Part shown: piece after piece, positions 13,305 through 26,993 of the stretch
Layout: each line of letters starts with the position of its first letter
How positions within the stretch are numbered: position 1 is the first letter of the stretch
Assembly: GCF_006345805.1 (NCBI RefSeq)
Contig: NC_043019.1
Location: forward strand, 9,113,360-9,177,359
Source: Octopus sinensis
Lineage: Eukaryota
Direction: 5' to 3'
Length of the DNA: 64,000 nucleotides
Position numbers and translations under genes: made by a program
The notes under the pieces: model-generated
Seen by the model: only the letters and a program-made list of their open reading frames with translations
Databases searched by the model: none
What the model was told of the DNA's origin: nothing

Positions 13305-15098
13305 CATATTCACACATGTGCAGAAAGCACTGCGTTCGTCACCACCATCCCCATTAACTCGATCAATTCACAATCGACAGCATCAGCATCATCATCACCA
13401 ACACGCCCAATAACGCCGCCGCCGCCATCACCACCACCACCACATCCACACCCGCATAATTAATACGCCAACCGTACAACCAGCCACTGACAATAGCTCT
13501 CCTCCCACCACAACCACTATCATCACGAGCAACGGCAACACTGCCGGAGCTGTCACAGTCATCAACCTTAACCACCACCACCACCACCACCACCATCAAC
13601 AGCACCACCACTGCCACCACCTCAACGATTGAATATTTACTCTCCCCTTCACCACACCTACTACCATATATGGTGTCAAACCTTTGTCACCCCGCCCATT
13701 CCACATCCTCATCTCAACAGACCATTGAACAAGCAAAATCAATTAAACACTTTGAAAATGGCGGATAATCTGTTGATACCGCCATTATGTAATGGCTTCC
13801 TCGCAGTACTTGGAGTTGTTGTTGCTGCTGTTGTTGTTGTTCTTGATACGGATGTTGCTCGCGTTGTTGGTTTGTAGTTGTTATAAATGGATACCCCGCA
13901 CACAAATGCACGTGATATATATATATATATATAATATATATATATATATACATGTGTATGTGTGTGAGTATGTGTGTGTATGCATACTCGCACACACACT
14001 CATACACACATATATGTTGCGTATGTATATAAATATGTGTGTGAGTATGTATGTATATATGTATATATATATATCTGTGTGTATGTATATATGTATATAT
14101 ATATATGTGTATGTGTGTGTGTTTGTGTGTGTGTATGTATATATATATATATATATACACACTCAAGATTATAATACACATTCGCGCATATGTATATATA
14201 TGTATACACAAATGTATGTGTGTCTGTGTCTGAGTGCTCGCGCGTATGTGTGCGTGTGTGTACACATCTCTTTGCTTGTATGTGTATGCTAAAGTATGTG
14301 GCTATGTATAATCAAAATAGAATACGTTACAAGCATATATACGTGTGAAAGTGTGCGTGTTTATATGTCTGAAATGATGTATAAAAGGTGTTTGCAGAGA
14401 TGTAAAATATGGCTGCCGTATAGCTGTTGATATTGTTATTTTTCTTGTACGTCACTGCAATCTTAGAAGTACGTGTAAAAGTGTGTGTAACTATATGAAT
14501 CTGTGTGTGTGAACGCACACATAAATAATATATGTATAAGTATATGTGTGTGTATAGACAGAGAGAGAAAGAGAGGGAGGCATATAGATTTTTTGTGTTA
14601 ATGTGTGTAGTAAGCGCATCTATGGCTACGTATGTGAGGAAAGGTATATAAAATTTGTACGTAAGTCGTTTGTTAATGGTATTTGCATTGATGTGCGTAT
14701 ATATATATATATATATTATATATATATATATATATTTACATGCGATATTATACCTTCATGTCTCTAAACGTAATAGGTGTATCTATGTATGTGTATGTGT
14801 GTGTGTATGTGCGTGCGTCAGTGTGCGTATTTGCAAATATGAACCTGTCTGATTCATTAAATGTCATTTAATAAAACTCTCTGTAAAGGTATATCACTCT
14901 GGGTATGTGTGTTCCTAATATATGTCGCTATAATTAAGAGCCTTTTACAGGTGTGTGCGTATATGTTGGCGTCCCTGTGTGTATGCGCTGAGTAGATAGA
15001 CATGCCTTTTCGTATGCTTCTATACAATTTCACACCAGCATGTGGTAGGTGCATATTCACCCGGTTGGTTTGCATAAAAACGTGTGTGTGCTTGTGTG

Positions 15099-15129
<31 letters not shown>

Positions 15130-18100
15130 TCATGTGCTTCTACGGCATTTTTTATGTGTTTTTGCTCAAGCCTGTATATCTCTCTGTGCTGTATATACAA
15201 CGTATGCGTCACTTTATAATTACTTTTAATGTATGTCGATAGCTGTTGTCTCTCTTTTGCTCTACGTTCGCCCAGGTCAAGCTAACCCTCTTTCAAAGTT
15301 ATTCCGACCGTGACGTCTTTTCCCTCAGCCATATTCCAGCAAGGAATAGATTATGTTAATGGTCCTGGTTTCTTTCGGAAAGATTGCAGAATATAACTAG
15401 AGGATAATGAGGCTGTTATTTGTAGCCGGTAGAATGATCACGTTGTGGGAATCTGGTTGTCTTGCAAGCCTGTGTTTTTTCATGTGTTGCTTTGTTGCCG
15501 TTTGTGTATGAAGTTACACACAAACACACACACACACACACACACATACACGACGCACACGCACACAGAAATACATATAGAAAGCAGGCAAGGAAATCGA
15601 GCTTCTGTGTGAGGTAAATGATCCAGCTTTCACCGATAATATGAAAGCTGTTTAACCCCATTGCAAGGGCGATACAAGCAATATATGACGAAATCTCTGT
15701 GACCTCCTGTCGACAGTTGGTGTAGGGATTGTCACATAGACCAAACTATAGGTATTAAAAATCGCTAAAATAGTCATTTTCAGGATAAGATTAATTACAT
15801 AAATAATACCAATAATATTTATCGACAGAGAAAAACAGAGAGCGTAAAATGATTTTGATAAATGCTCTGTTTAGCCTTAATGTGCGAACAAATATCACCA
15901 AATATTTATTTCATTTATTAGATAAATATATTCTGAAAACCATAAATACTATGAAATGTTTACTCGGAATAATGTTAAATTAACTTTCGCTTCTACACAA
16001 AACCTTGCAACAGAAACAGCAAATAGTAATATCAAAAATCATAAACGACTATCTGCATCCAGTCCTTCACGTTTGTGCAATTGATTTCACCCTGCAAAAT
16101 GTCCATTAAATAATTTATGACTTTCCAAATCGATTTCTTATTGTGCTATGGTATTTACAGCAGATGATTCGCTTTTTAATGATTGTATTGAATGGACTGA
16201 AAATCCTTTCAAGTAAAGATTTAATCAGCACAGCTATACCTTTAGAAGTTCTTTCAGAGCTTCTGACACAAATTTGTCAAAATATGTCTAGTTTCAAAAC
16301 AACAACAGCAACAACAACAATAAGCATCTTTTTCAATTTCGCATCTGTAATATAGTCTCTTGTTTTGATCTATTTTCCATTCCACTTTTAAACTTTCCAT
16401 TATCAGTCCACTCCGCAATTAAGTTGAACCTCTTTGCTCCAAGATCGAAACTGTCCTCTTACTTCGGTATTTGCACATTATTCCCGGATGTTCAGTTTTA
16501 TTGTTCAGATTTTTGTAATTTTTTTTCTTTGTTTCTGAAGATCCTGATCTGTTGATATTAGTTTATTATTTGTTGAGATCTAATCTTTCACGTTTCACCG
16601 TTTGTCTCTTCCAAAGATACCAGTAATCTTCTGTGTCAAATGTTTTACTTTCTTTAGAGTTTGTTGCCTTTGTCTTTTCTTTGCTATCTCCTTATCGATC
16701 CCGGTCTCCATTAAACTGTTTCCACTATAGGTTTTTGTCCCTTGATTTTCCTTATTTTTCAATCCCAAACTGCGTGCATAAAACGTCTTTTAAATCTCCT
16801 ATATTTACAATATAAAATTTTCTTTCCAGTTCCTGCCGTTCTTTTACAAAATTACGGAGTTTTCTCTTTTGATTCTTCTCAAAGCCGGTTGTCTCTTTCA
16901 CTTATTATTGTTTTATTTAGTTATTTATTAAGCTCCTTTTCCATACTCTACACCTTTTCTGAACTCCCTTAAACTTTGAGACTACTCACTGTTTATAACT
17001 TCTAAACAATACTTATACGTACCTTGCAAATATCTTCTCTAGAACCAAATTAACTGAATAACATAATTTTCCTTTCGATGCAACATTTCTATTCACTTAT
17101 ACGATTTCGCCAGTTGCCACATAATGGTTTCTCGTTACTCTACACCTAATCCATACAACAACTAATTGATATATAATCTAAGTTCATTTACAAAGCCTAC
17201 CACATTCATCTGATACAACCAATCCTGTAACATCATCGTTGTGTCTTTCCATCCAATTGCGTTTCTGTCTCAATATACATAAAACATATCGTAAAATCTA
17301 TTAGCTATTGCCGTTATAAGAATCTAAATCGTACAAAGACCAAACACTTTAATATTTCTTTATAAAATTCACTTCACTTTTTCTATTTCATTATTATTGC
17401 GATTGACAGCAAAATTAATGTAATTTTTGACGGTAAAACCAAAGTCCTGTACTTTATTTCTGAATTTGAAATTTTATTTCTGGAAAATTTTAATTATAAT
17501 TCTGTCTTTCAGATCCTGATCTTGATAATGAGTAAACCGAACCAAACTTTTACTTCAGAAAACCATCCCAGCAGAATCTTGGGAGTCTCACTACTCAACA
17601 TTTCTCAAACTATTATAGAATATAATCTAGAAAGCTCTGGCAAATAATAAACAGAGACTGGTGAAAGAGAATTTGGGCAGCGTTAATTGCTTAAATAACT
17701 TCAAGAAATCGCATTACTTTGTTCACAATTTCTATAACCAGATCAATAAAAACAGTTCAAGTCTACCATGGTCATTAACGTTTTAAAGTTCTTAAATGAC
17801 TTTTGTGCCAGATGTATATTTCGACATGCGCACACCTAATGAGTTGCTTTCAAAGTGTTTAATTGATTTTAGTGAATTAACTTCTACATCGATGGCTGTC
17901 TTTCATGAATAGATTCTCGCAACTCTAATGAACAATGAAGAATGTCTACGACACTTGCTTAATCAAAGAAATTAATTTATATTTCTTCTCCAAATCATGT
18001 TGCATCTTTTATTATATTCCGTCTTGGAGAATTCTTTTCCTATTCTTAATCTTTGAACGAATAAAAGATCTGTTATAACATTGAATGATATCTAGTTATT

Positions 18101-18349
18101 TGCCATTAATTTATTCGCAATTTTTCGACAATTATATTTTATTTCTTATATGCTACCTTTCTGATCGTTATCGATATAGATAAATAAATTAAATATCGAT
18201 TAACTTCGATAACTAAAAACTGATCTGTCCCGTTTAGGTTAAAGTTATCTTCAGATTACATTAAAAGTACATTTCAGACTACATCTGTGTAACTATACAT
18301 GAATAAATGTATGTATGTATGTATGTATGTATGTATGTATGTATGTATG

Positions 18350-18381
<32 letters not shown>

Positions 18382-18435
18382 TGTGTGAATGTATGTATGT
18401 ATGTATGCATGTGTGTGTGTATGGCTGTATGTATG

Positions 18436-18560
18436 TCATTATTCAGTTTATTTCAAGATTTCTTGCCAATAGAGAAAGAACCAGTTTCTAACCTAGATCC
18501 AATGTTCCTTCATTGGAATTTAAATATCAACAACAGGGTATTTTTGTTTGAATGTATGTG

Positions 18561-18592
<32 letters not shown>

Positions 18593-19110
18593 TGTATGTA
18601 TGTATGTATGTATGTATGTATGTATGTATGTATGTATGTATTTATGTATGTATGTATGTGCAGATTTGTATGTTTTATGTATGTATTCTCATGCATATAG
18701 TTGCATATCTAGACATGCTCATATATATTTAAATGATAAACTTCTGGTTTTACAGATTTTTACAGTTCCAGTGATGGCTTGGATCTGTAGACTTCGAATC
18801 AGCTTTATCCTTTCTGGTTTTAAGAAGCCTAATTTCTCAAGATTGCTATTTAGGCAGTGTGTTACATATCCCAGGGCCCCAATAATTTCAGATATAAACC
18901 TGAACTTGTAATCTGGATAGAGTAACTGCAGGTTCCTCAATAGTTCAGCAAAGGTGTTCTCTTTTTCCCTGACCTTCAGCTTTATATTAACACCTGCTGG
19001 ACACCTGCTGGGCAGCTGATTTTCACAACTGTGAACATTTTCTTTCTCCATCCCGAATCATTATATCAGGTCTGTTGTGCTTACATTTTATTGACGTCTT
19101 CACTGGTACA
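18436..19110 (-). mobile_element. 5'-truncated RLE-type (R4/Dong-like) LINE: endonuclease C-terminus plus 3' UTR, embedded in (CATA)n
   Basis: VPVKTSIKCKHNRPDIMI...SRCPAGVNIKLKVREKENTFAEL...IIGALG...GTVKICKT contains the RPD...K..K..Y...GALG restriction-like endonuclease signature. (TATG)n lies on both flanks and inside the UTR. Confidence 0.85.
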
Positions 19111-20823
19111 TATGTATGCATGCATGTATGTGTGTATGTATGTATTTATGTGTATGTATGTATGTGTATATGTATATATTTATGTGTATGTATGTGTGCG
19201 TGTCTCTATGTATGTATGCGCATGTGTGCCAAAGATTCACACATTTTGTTGCATAATGCATATATATATGTGTGTGTGTGTACGAATGAATGTATCTATG
19301 TATGTATAAACAAACATATAACTTTATCGTCTCCCTGTACGCAGTAGTTGAGTCTTTGTACGATCCACAGCCTTATTGCCGATCATGCATTGATGGATTT
19401 CGCTATATCAAACGTTCCCTATTTTTCTATGCTATTACTTAACTAAAATTAAATGATAATTTCTACATTAATTGATATATCTCAAATCTGTTATTATATC
19501 CAGGTTTTTCTTCCATCCCGTTATTATGTTCGGCAAATTATTTCCTCTTCTCAGATATAATCGTTATAATTGATTTCCTAGTGTAAACTTTTTTCCATTT
19601 AAGGAAAAAGCAATAAATTTCCTTTATAAAAATACATAACGAGAATAATTCCTTCCTTTCAATGTATGCGGATAATTTATCCAGTGTTCTTATCGTTTTG
19701 AAAGCTTCACTGATGGTTTATATTCATATTATTCCTTGAAAGCGATATTTCATCCTCATCATTTATTTTTCCTTAGTTCACCCCGAATACCACAGTAATT
19801 TCCCTTCAGCTTACAGCAATTAATATTTTAATATCATTTGAAATCCCACACAAACCTACAGCGTATGTTTATCCACCTAACAACTCTCATACAACGCTCT
19901 CTCCTCGTGCAACACCCACGTTCCCTTATTCTGCATTTTGACTCAAAACACGGATCACAAATTCTCCTCATAAATTCACACCTAACTAGCTAGAAAACAA
20001 TAATTATTAACTCGCTCAACCTGTGGAAATTCCACGCTTGTTGACAATTAGGAACAAATAATTACTCTCCTTTTTATCCATTTTTCTTGAGTTCTCTGTT
20101 ACAAGAACACATTTTATTTTCTTTCATTTCCCTTCCTTTTCCCACTCCATTGTTTTTCTTGTGTTTTTATTCTGCGGAATCAGTTCTTGTTTTCGCCTCG
20201 TTTTACCCATTCTCTAGAATTTTTCTCGTACTTTCTCTTGCAATTTCCATCTCATCGCTGTAAATATTTTATTAACTAAAAACAAAATATACCAAAGACT
20301 CATTCTCCGTCAATTAGCAAGAATCAATTTAATGAATGAGGATTTGAATTAGAATTTTATGGGTCATTATTAAAAGCGCTGTTTCAAATTCTGGTGAGAT
20401 CGACTTTGCCCTTCATCAGTTCACGGTTGTTAGACAAAGTAGCAGTCAACTCCTGGTGTCGATGTAAATGTGTTTACCCCACCCCTCAAAAATTTAGGTC
20501 TTGTAATTATGATTGAAACAACTGGTGAAACGATATTTCATCAGTCTTTACGTTCTACGTTCAAGTTCAGCCGTGTTCAGGTTTGCTTTCCTTAATTTCC
20601 TTCAATTTCTGCAATTTCAACCAATCACTGACGTCCATTGAGGTAAAAAAAAACATTCTGTGCCGTATGAATATGTCCCTCGTTTAAGAAAAAGATTGGG
20701 TTTATTTACATTTGTGAAGAAAAAAAATACCCTTCCCCTGGAACACATTGTCCTGCAAACAGTGTCAGAAACACTGCATGATGTGCAGCTGGATGCAGAA
20801 TGCTTCTCTAAAGCTGTATATAT

Positions 20824-20883
<60 letters not shown>

Positions 20884-20885
<2 letters not shown>

Positions 20886-21144
20886 TCTGTAAATATAATA
20901 TGTGACAATTATTCGGTAGCCAAGATAAAACTCTGAGTTTCGGATGCCGAGGTAGAAATTCACGCGTTTTTCTGATGGCCGGATAACCGAAGAAATGGTG
21001 GCGTGGATTTCTACCTCGGCATCCGAAACTCAGAGTTTTATCTTGGCTATCGAATAATTGTCACATATTATATTTACAGATAAATTCCTCTATTTACATA
21101 ATATTGAGGTCTCTTTCTTCCTTTTGTTATCTTACAGTTTTTAT

Positions 21145-21147
<3 letters not shown>
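20884..21147 (+). mobile_element. Penelope-like pseudo-LTR fragment with 82-bp inverted arms and a degenerate hammerhead
   Basis: 20884-20965 is the reverse complement of 21001-21082 with 2 mismatches. GATAA-CCGAAGA...CATC-CGAAACTCAGAGTT-TTATC lies at 20982-21042. Both flanks are (TA)n. Confidence 0.7.
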
Positions 21148-21194
<47 letters not shown>

Positions 21195-21195
21195 T

Positions 21196-21470
21196 GAAGG
21201 CACGTGGTTAGGGTTATTCGGTTCTTGATCGTATAGTCGTAAGTTCGATTATTGACGTCGCGTTGTATCCTTGAGAGAGACGCTATATTTCCCGCTGCTT
21301 CAGTCCGCTCAGGGTTGTAATTCAAAGGGTCAGTTTTGTCAAATTCTGTGTCACGATGAATCATCCTGAGAATCTACATACTCAACCATTTGTACGTTCA
21401 TTTTACGAGCAGGGTGTTGCGTTGATCGACTCAACTGGAACCCTCGTCGTCGTAAGCGACGGATACGTCA
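21196..21470 (+). mobile_element. tRNA-derived SINE with RTE-like tail
   Basis: GTGGTTAG...AGTTCGATT head, GCGTTGT.TCCTTG.G core and tail GGAACCCTCGTCGTCGTAAGCGACGG; homologous to 63462-63755. Confidence 0.75.
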
Positions 21471-22144
21471 GATGTACAGAATTACCCACGCACACACACA
21501 CACACGTCCTGTACGAAAGTGAAGCTCGCTTCACATCGCAACACTAAGACAGGATTATTTCATCTCAACTGGCCTTGCTCTCTTTAACATCATGCCGAGA
21601 CAGATAAGAGAAGAAAAAAATCTCAATATCCAAAGAATTCCTGGACGAATATCTCCAACAAATTCCAAATAAAGCACCTACACCATAATGTATCTTTGGA
21701 GACATAAACTCTTTAATCGAATAGGCTACGGTACCAAAACAGAATCTTTGTAATATGAAGCATCGTTAAATGTCTTTTCCGGGTGCCGCTGATAAGTAAG
21801 ACATGGTTTGGGACAATTCTGGCCGACGATTTTGAAGAATTCAAAGTAAATATATATAAGCAAAAATGCTACTACTAAAATCTCTGTAACAGATCAACGA
21901 ATGTGGCTGTGTAGTAAGTAGTCTGCTTACATTTGTTGTAGACAGAAGTGTTTTTTTGGCGGTGAGTCAAACGTTTTGTTGCACGTGGATAATTTTTCTA
22001 TTGTTGAATGTTTATTATTGAATATTTTCGAAATGTTGAACATTGTTGAACTTTGAAAGTTTTTGTGCATTTTCCCGGTGACGGGAGAAAGTAATTATTG
22101 AAATATTGAAATTATTAATATTATTAATATTGAACTTATTTAAG

Positions 22145-22549
22145 TCGTTCTAGGCTTTATGGTAGTGCCCCCCTCCCAGCGGGGGTGGCATTTGAACTGT
22201 TATCCTCATTAAGAGGAAAACAAAATTAATATAGGTTTCCCGTTTTTTTGGATAAGCAAATTATTTATTGCGATAAAAATTAAATTTTAGCCGTTGTAGG
22301 CTCTATTGTGGCATCCGCCACTAGCGTGGGTGAGATTTGAACTGTTGTCCTCGTTGTGAGGAAAAAAAATATTATAGGTTTCCCGTTTTAGGGGATTCTA
22401 TATTTTATAATTGTGTGAAAAAAAAAAAATTCGTTGTAGGCTTTGTTGCAACGTCTCGCCCCCCAGCTGGGGTGGGATTTGAACTGTTGTCCTCGTTAAG
22501 AGAAAAAAAAAAGTAAAAAATTATAGGTTTCCCTTTTTCTGGGATTAAA
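22145..22549. repeat. Three diverged ~143-bp tandem units
   Basis: Units start at about 22145, 22291 and 22431 and share CGTT.TAGGCT, ATTTGAACTGTT.TCCTC and TATAGGTTTCCC. Confidence 0.8.
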
Positions 22550-22938
22550 TCTCTTCTCTCTATATATAAACGGCAGTTTGTCTGTGCGTGTTTCTGTGTG
22601 TCTGTTTGCTTGTACCCTCACCCTGACCACGGCTTTCAACCGATTCTGATGAAACTTGACACACACATAGCCCAATGTCATAATTCAAAACTAACGCAGC
22701 GAAAATTTTGAAAAGTTCCCCCAGTTCTGAAAAAAATTGATAAATTCGACATGGGGTCGAGAATCAGAAACACAAACCACAAACTGTCTAGGGGACGCAA
22801 CTCCACCTTTTTTAACTCTCAAAAAAAATTTACCATCATTTTTTTCCATTTTTTTGCTATTTTTTTGCTATAACTCTCTAAAAATGCTTTATAGTTATTT
22901 CCCTTACAAACCTGAGCAACGCCGGGCGATACTGCTAG
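22550..22938 (+). mobile_element. Non-autonomous Helitron
   Basis: A|TC 5' end (TCTCTTCTCTCTATATATAAA, then a GTCT/GTGT tract). Subterminal GC-rich hairpin at 22911-22926 and 3' end CTAG|T, so it is inserted between A and T with no TSD. Confidence 0.85.
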
Positions 22939-23156
22939 TTGTGTATAAATTTGTTTCGAACGAATATGTCGGTCGAAATAATCTGAGAAAAGAACCGGCT
23001 GCATGAGCCAGCCAAAAAGAAATAAATGCACCCCAAAATGAAGAGCGACAAAGTTGGTATAGGCGGGACTTGAACTCAGAGCGTCGAAAGGAAACAATGC
23101 AAGCTACGAGGATTTTCTACTCAAACATTAATACACCTTCCAACCTGCCAACTAAT

Positions 23157-23187
<31 letters not shown>

Positions 23188-23943
23188 TCCACACACACAA
23201 CATGTATGTTAGACACACTAACATGTATGTAGCACTGGGTGAGTGTGTGTGTGTGTGTGTGTGTGTATGTAAAATGCATGCATTGGTGCTTTTTTACATT
23301 TCCTTTACGTTCAATCATCGCATGTGCCTCTACCTGTTCCTCTATATATGTACATACATCGAAGCGCCTACATCTGCGGCAGTCCTTGCGTGTGTCAGTG
23401 TGGCGCACGCCTACTTCTAGCTCGAGATTTGCAAGGTTATAAAAGTACGGTGTGCAAAAACCATTTAAATAATACCTTCACATTAATGATCTCCATCATC
23501 GTTATTCTCTGCGTAGTTTACTCATAATTTACCAAACAGATTGTTATCTTGACACAAATATGCGGATATTTGCATATGTGCACTTTTAAATGTATGCACC
23601 ACGCATACTCGTGTACACGTATTATGTTTGCGCGATCGTGCTTCGAAATCTGTCAATATTTTATTTTTATCACACACACGAGTTTTTTCGTTTTAACTAT
23701 TGTAAAAATCTTTCATTTCTATTACGGTGATCACATGCATTCCCCATTTCGAGCAGATTGCAATAACTTCTAGGAAATAAAGAGGAAAAAAGCATCACCG
23801 TTCCTAAGTTGAGATGCTCAGATATAGCTTTCAAATAAAAACACACACATACACACACACACAGAAATATAAATATATTTATGTTTATACGTATTTCAGT
23901 ATGAATATACATATTTATATATATATATGTGGGGGCGTATGCT

Positions 23944-24004
<61 letters not shown>

Positions 24005-24043
24005 ATATATATATATTTATTTATTTATTTATTTAATTATGAA

Positions 24044-24455
24044 GGCGGCGAGCTGGCAGAAACTTTAGAACGCCAGGCGAAATGCGTAGCCGTGCTTCTT
24101 CTGCCGTTACATTCTGAGTTCAAATTCCGCCGAGGTCGACTTTGCCTTTCATCTTTTCGGGGTCGATTAAATAAGTACCAGTTTCGCACTGGAGTCGATG
24201 TAATCGACTTAATCCGTTTGTCTGTCCTTTTATTGTCTTCTCTGTGTTTAGCCTCTTGTGGGTAGTAAAGAAATAGGTATTTCGTCTGCCGTTACGTTCT
24301 GAGTTCTAATTCCGCCGAGGTCGACTTTACCTTTCATCCTTTCAGGATCGATTAAATAAGTTCCAGTTATGCACTGAGGTCGATGTAATCGACTTAATCT
24401 CTTTGTCTGACCTTGTTTCCCCCGTCAAAGTTTAGCCCCCAGTGGGCGATGAAAT
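24044..24455 (+). mobile_element. Composite of two Meta-domain-like SINE units, junction at 24275/24276
   Basis: A full unit ending ...GTAGTAAAGAAATA is followed by a headless unit beginning GGTATTTCGTCTGCC. Confidence 0.9.
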
Positions 24456-25158
24456 ATATATATTTACATAAAATACATATTATATACGTGTATACATGCA
24501 TACATATATGTATATATGTTTATTTATATTTGTATATATGTGTATATATTTATTTATTTATTCGTTTCAGTCAAGTGACTGCGGTCGCGCTGGAGCACCA
24601 CCATATATATACAAATATACACGTATATGTATATATACACACATATATGTATATATATGTGTGTTTATAACATATATAAACATGCATGTACGTGTGTGCT
24701 TACGTTTACATATGTATGAATATATATATATATATATATATGCTTATCTATGTATATGTGTGCGTTTATATATACATGGGCGCATATACTTCTGTACCTG
24801 TATATATAAATATATATAAAGTGCGCACATGTGTGCGAAAATTGGGGTGGGGTTACAGAAACCTCGAAAACAGCTCAACCTCTTACGGCCATAAATCATA
24901 TCGCTACTTTACATATCAGACCACGGCAAAGCAAAAAAGAAACGAAAGCTCTTTAAGTGACTTACGAAATACGAGGAATTCAGAAAAGGGTGCCATAAAC
25001 GATAGCAAGAGATGGAAGCAGGCAGAATGGTAACCTTGGTAATCGTTCTTCTCTTGTTTACAACAAATGGTCGGATGTTCCTTTCACGCCATACTGTAAG
25101 GTTATGGTATGTTGTTTTGTGTGTGTTAACATACATACATACATAACATACATGATGC

Positions 25159-25189
<31 letters not shown>

Positions 25190-25413
25190 GTGTGTGTTGT
25201 GTGTGTGTGTTTATATATATACGTGAAGTGGGTGTTGTATTAATCATTTTTAGGTATCTCTCATTGGTATGTTAACAAAGTTATCATGTCAGTATTTCTA
25301 CAATCTTCTGATACACACCACACACACACACACACCACACGTACACACACACACATATGCACATATCTATATATGTATGTATGTATGTATGCATCTATGT
25401 ATATATGTATATG

Positions 25414-25456
<43 letters not shown>

Positions 25457-26004
25457 ATATATATATATCAGTACAGAGAGAGAGCGGGCGGGTCAGTGTG
25501 GAGAGTGAGGAAATCAGCAGATAACCAAATTAGATGCATCAAATATATTAAATCTATGAGTTTCGGTATGAATAACAAAATATGTAAGTCTACTGCAAGT
25601 CTACTTCTAACATCTTTTTTCCAACTCTTCAAGTTTCTCGTTTGTTCTCTCTGTACGTTGGACCTTATAATACAATCATTTACATATTTCTACCTAACCA
25701 TTCGTCATCTGAACGTCCCCACCTCTTCGTCTCGATCTCTTTGCTTGTATTCATATATATATATTCTCTGTATTTCACAACTTAACCAATACATTTAGTA
25801 TATTTAATATATTTTCTGTTTCCGCATAATTGCTTCCACGCCCACTCAACCGGACCCCTTAACTTTTCTTTACCTTGTGGAATGGACCCCTTTAAAAACA
25901 TTGGAGTCTAAGTTTAAATCATTTGAGCACTTCTCAGTGCTTTCTACACGGAGAATCTCTGGATCTCATCTGTGAGATTTATATATATATATATATATAT
26001 ATAT

Positions 26005-26167
26005 AAGTTAATCCAAACAAGAAAGTACAAAAAAACACAACAACGCGAGGACGTGGAACTAATATAGTATTATTGGACGCTCAGGAAAGAAGGGAAGAAG
26101 GAGGATTTAACGTTTCGAGCGGAGATCTTTGTCGCAAACATAGGAGAAAGAAAGATCCAAAGAAGGA
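26005..26167 (-). mobile_element. Probable Penelope-like pseudo-LTR fragment with a heavily decayed minimal hammerhead
   Basis: Minus strand GTTT-GCGACAA-AGATCTCCGCTC-GAAACGTT-AAAT at 26105-26139. The GAAACGTT palindromic half is intact but the CUGANGA box is degraded. Flanked by (TA)n. Confidence 0.4.
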
Positions 26168-26355
26168 ATATATATATGTGTGTGTGTGTGTCTGCGTTTA
26201 TGTGTGTCTGTGCGTGTGTGTGTGTATGTGAAAATTTTAGATGGAAAAATAAGTGTAGAAATGAAGTTTCGAGAATGGTTCTTCGTCGGGAGTGGAAAAA
26301 GTCCGGAGTGGAGGAAAGGGAAAAAGGTGCAGACAGTCCTTAGAAAAGTACCCAC

Positions 26356-26392
<37 letters not shown>

Positions 26393-26568
26393 TTGAATCG
26401 AATCGTTAAAAGTGCCATGAATTATAAAGATATTTTTTAATAGTCTCGGTACAAAACATAAAAGTTTCGATGTTAAAATTTAGCAAATTAATTCGTTTCA
26501 CCAGATTAGAAGATCAAAACAGGGCCGTTTCTAATGAAACTATTCGAAAATGGATTAGTCTGAGACAA

Positions 26569-26602
<34 letters not shown>

Positions 26603-26893
26603 CAAACTTTTACTTGCCTATGCATCCTTCTTTCGCTTTCTTTCTCATTCCTGCACACACACACACACCCACACACACTTGCATACACATATTTATATAT
26701 ACACAGACGTACACATGGTATGTGCTTTATGCCGCCGTGTATGTGTGTGTGTGTTTGATGCAGAGACGGAACACACAGAGACAGATTCCCCAAATATACA
26801 CATAATCGTGCAAGCACTCGTGCACGTAATATACTCTCACACACACACACACGCACACACACACACTCAGAGGAACTGTAGCAAAAACGATAT

Positions 26894-26993
26894 NNNNNNN
26901 NNNNNNNNNNNNNNNNNNNNNNNNNNNNNNNNNNNNNNNNNNNNNNNNNNNNNNNNNNNNNNNNNNNNNNNNNNNNNNNNNNNNNNNNNNNNN
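26894..26993. other. Assembly gap (100 N)
   Basis: Run of 100 N. Confidence 1.

Noticed and set aside
16400-20250. Possible ancient CR1-like endonuclease (16.4-17.5 kb) and RT (19.4-20.2 kb) relics on the minus strand
   Set aside because: Only strand-skewed composition and vague motifs; not supportable by eye.
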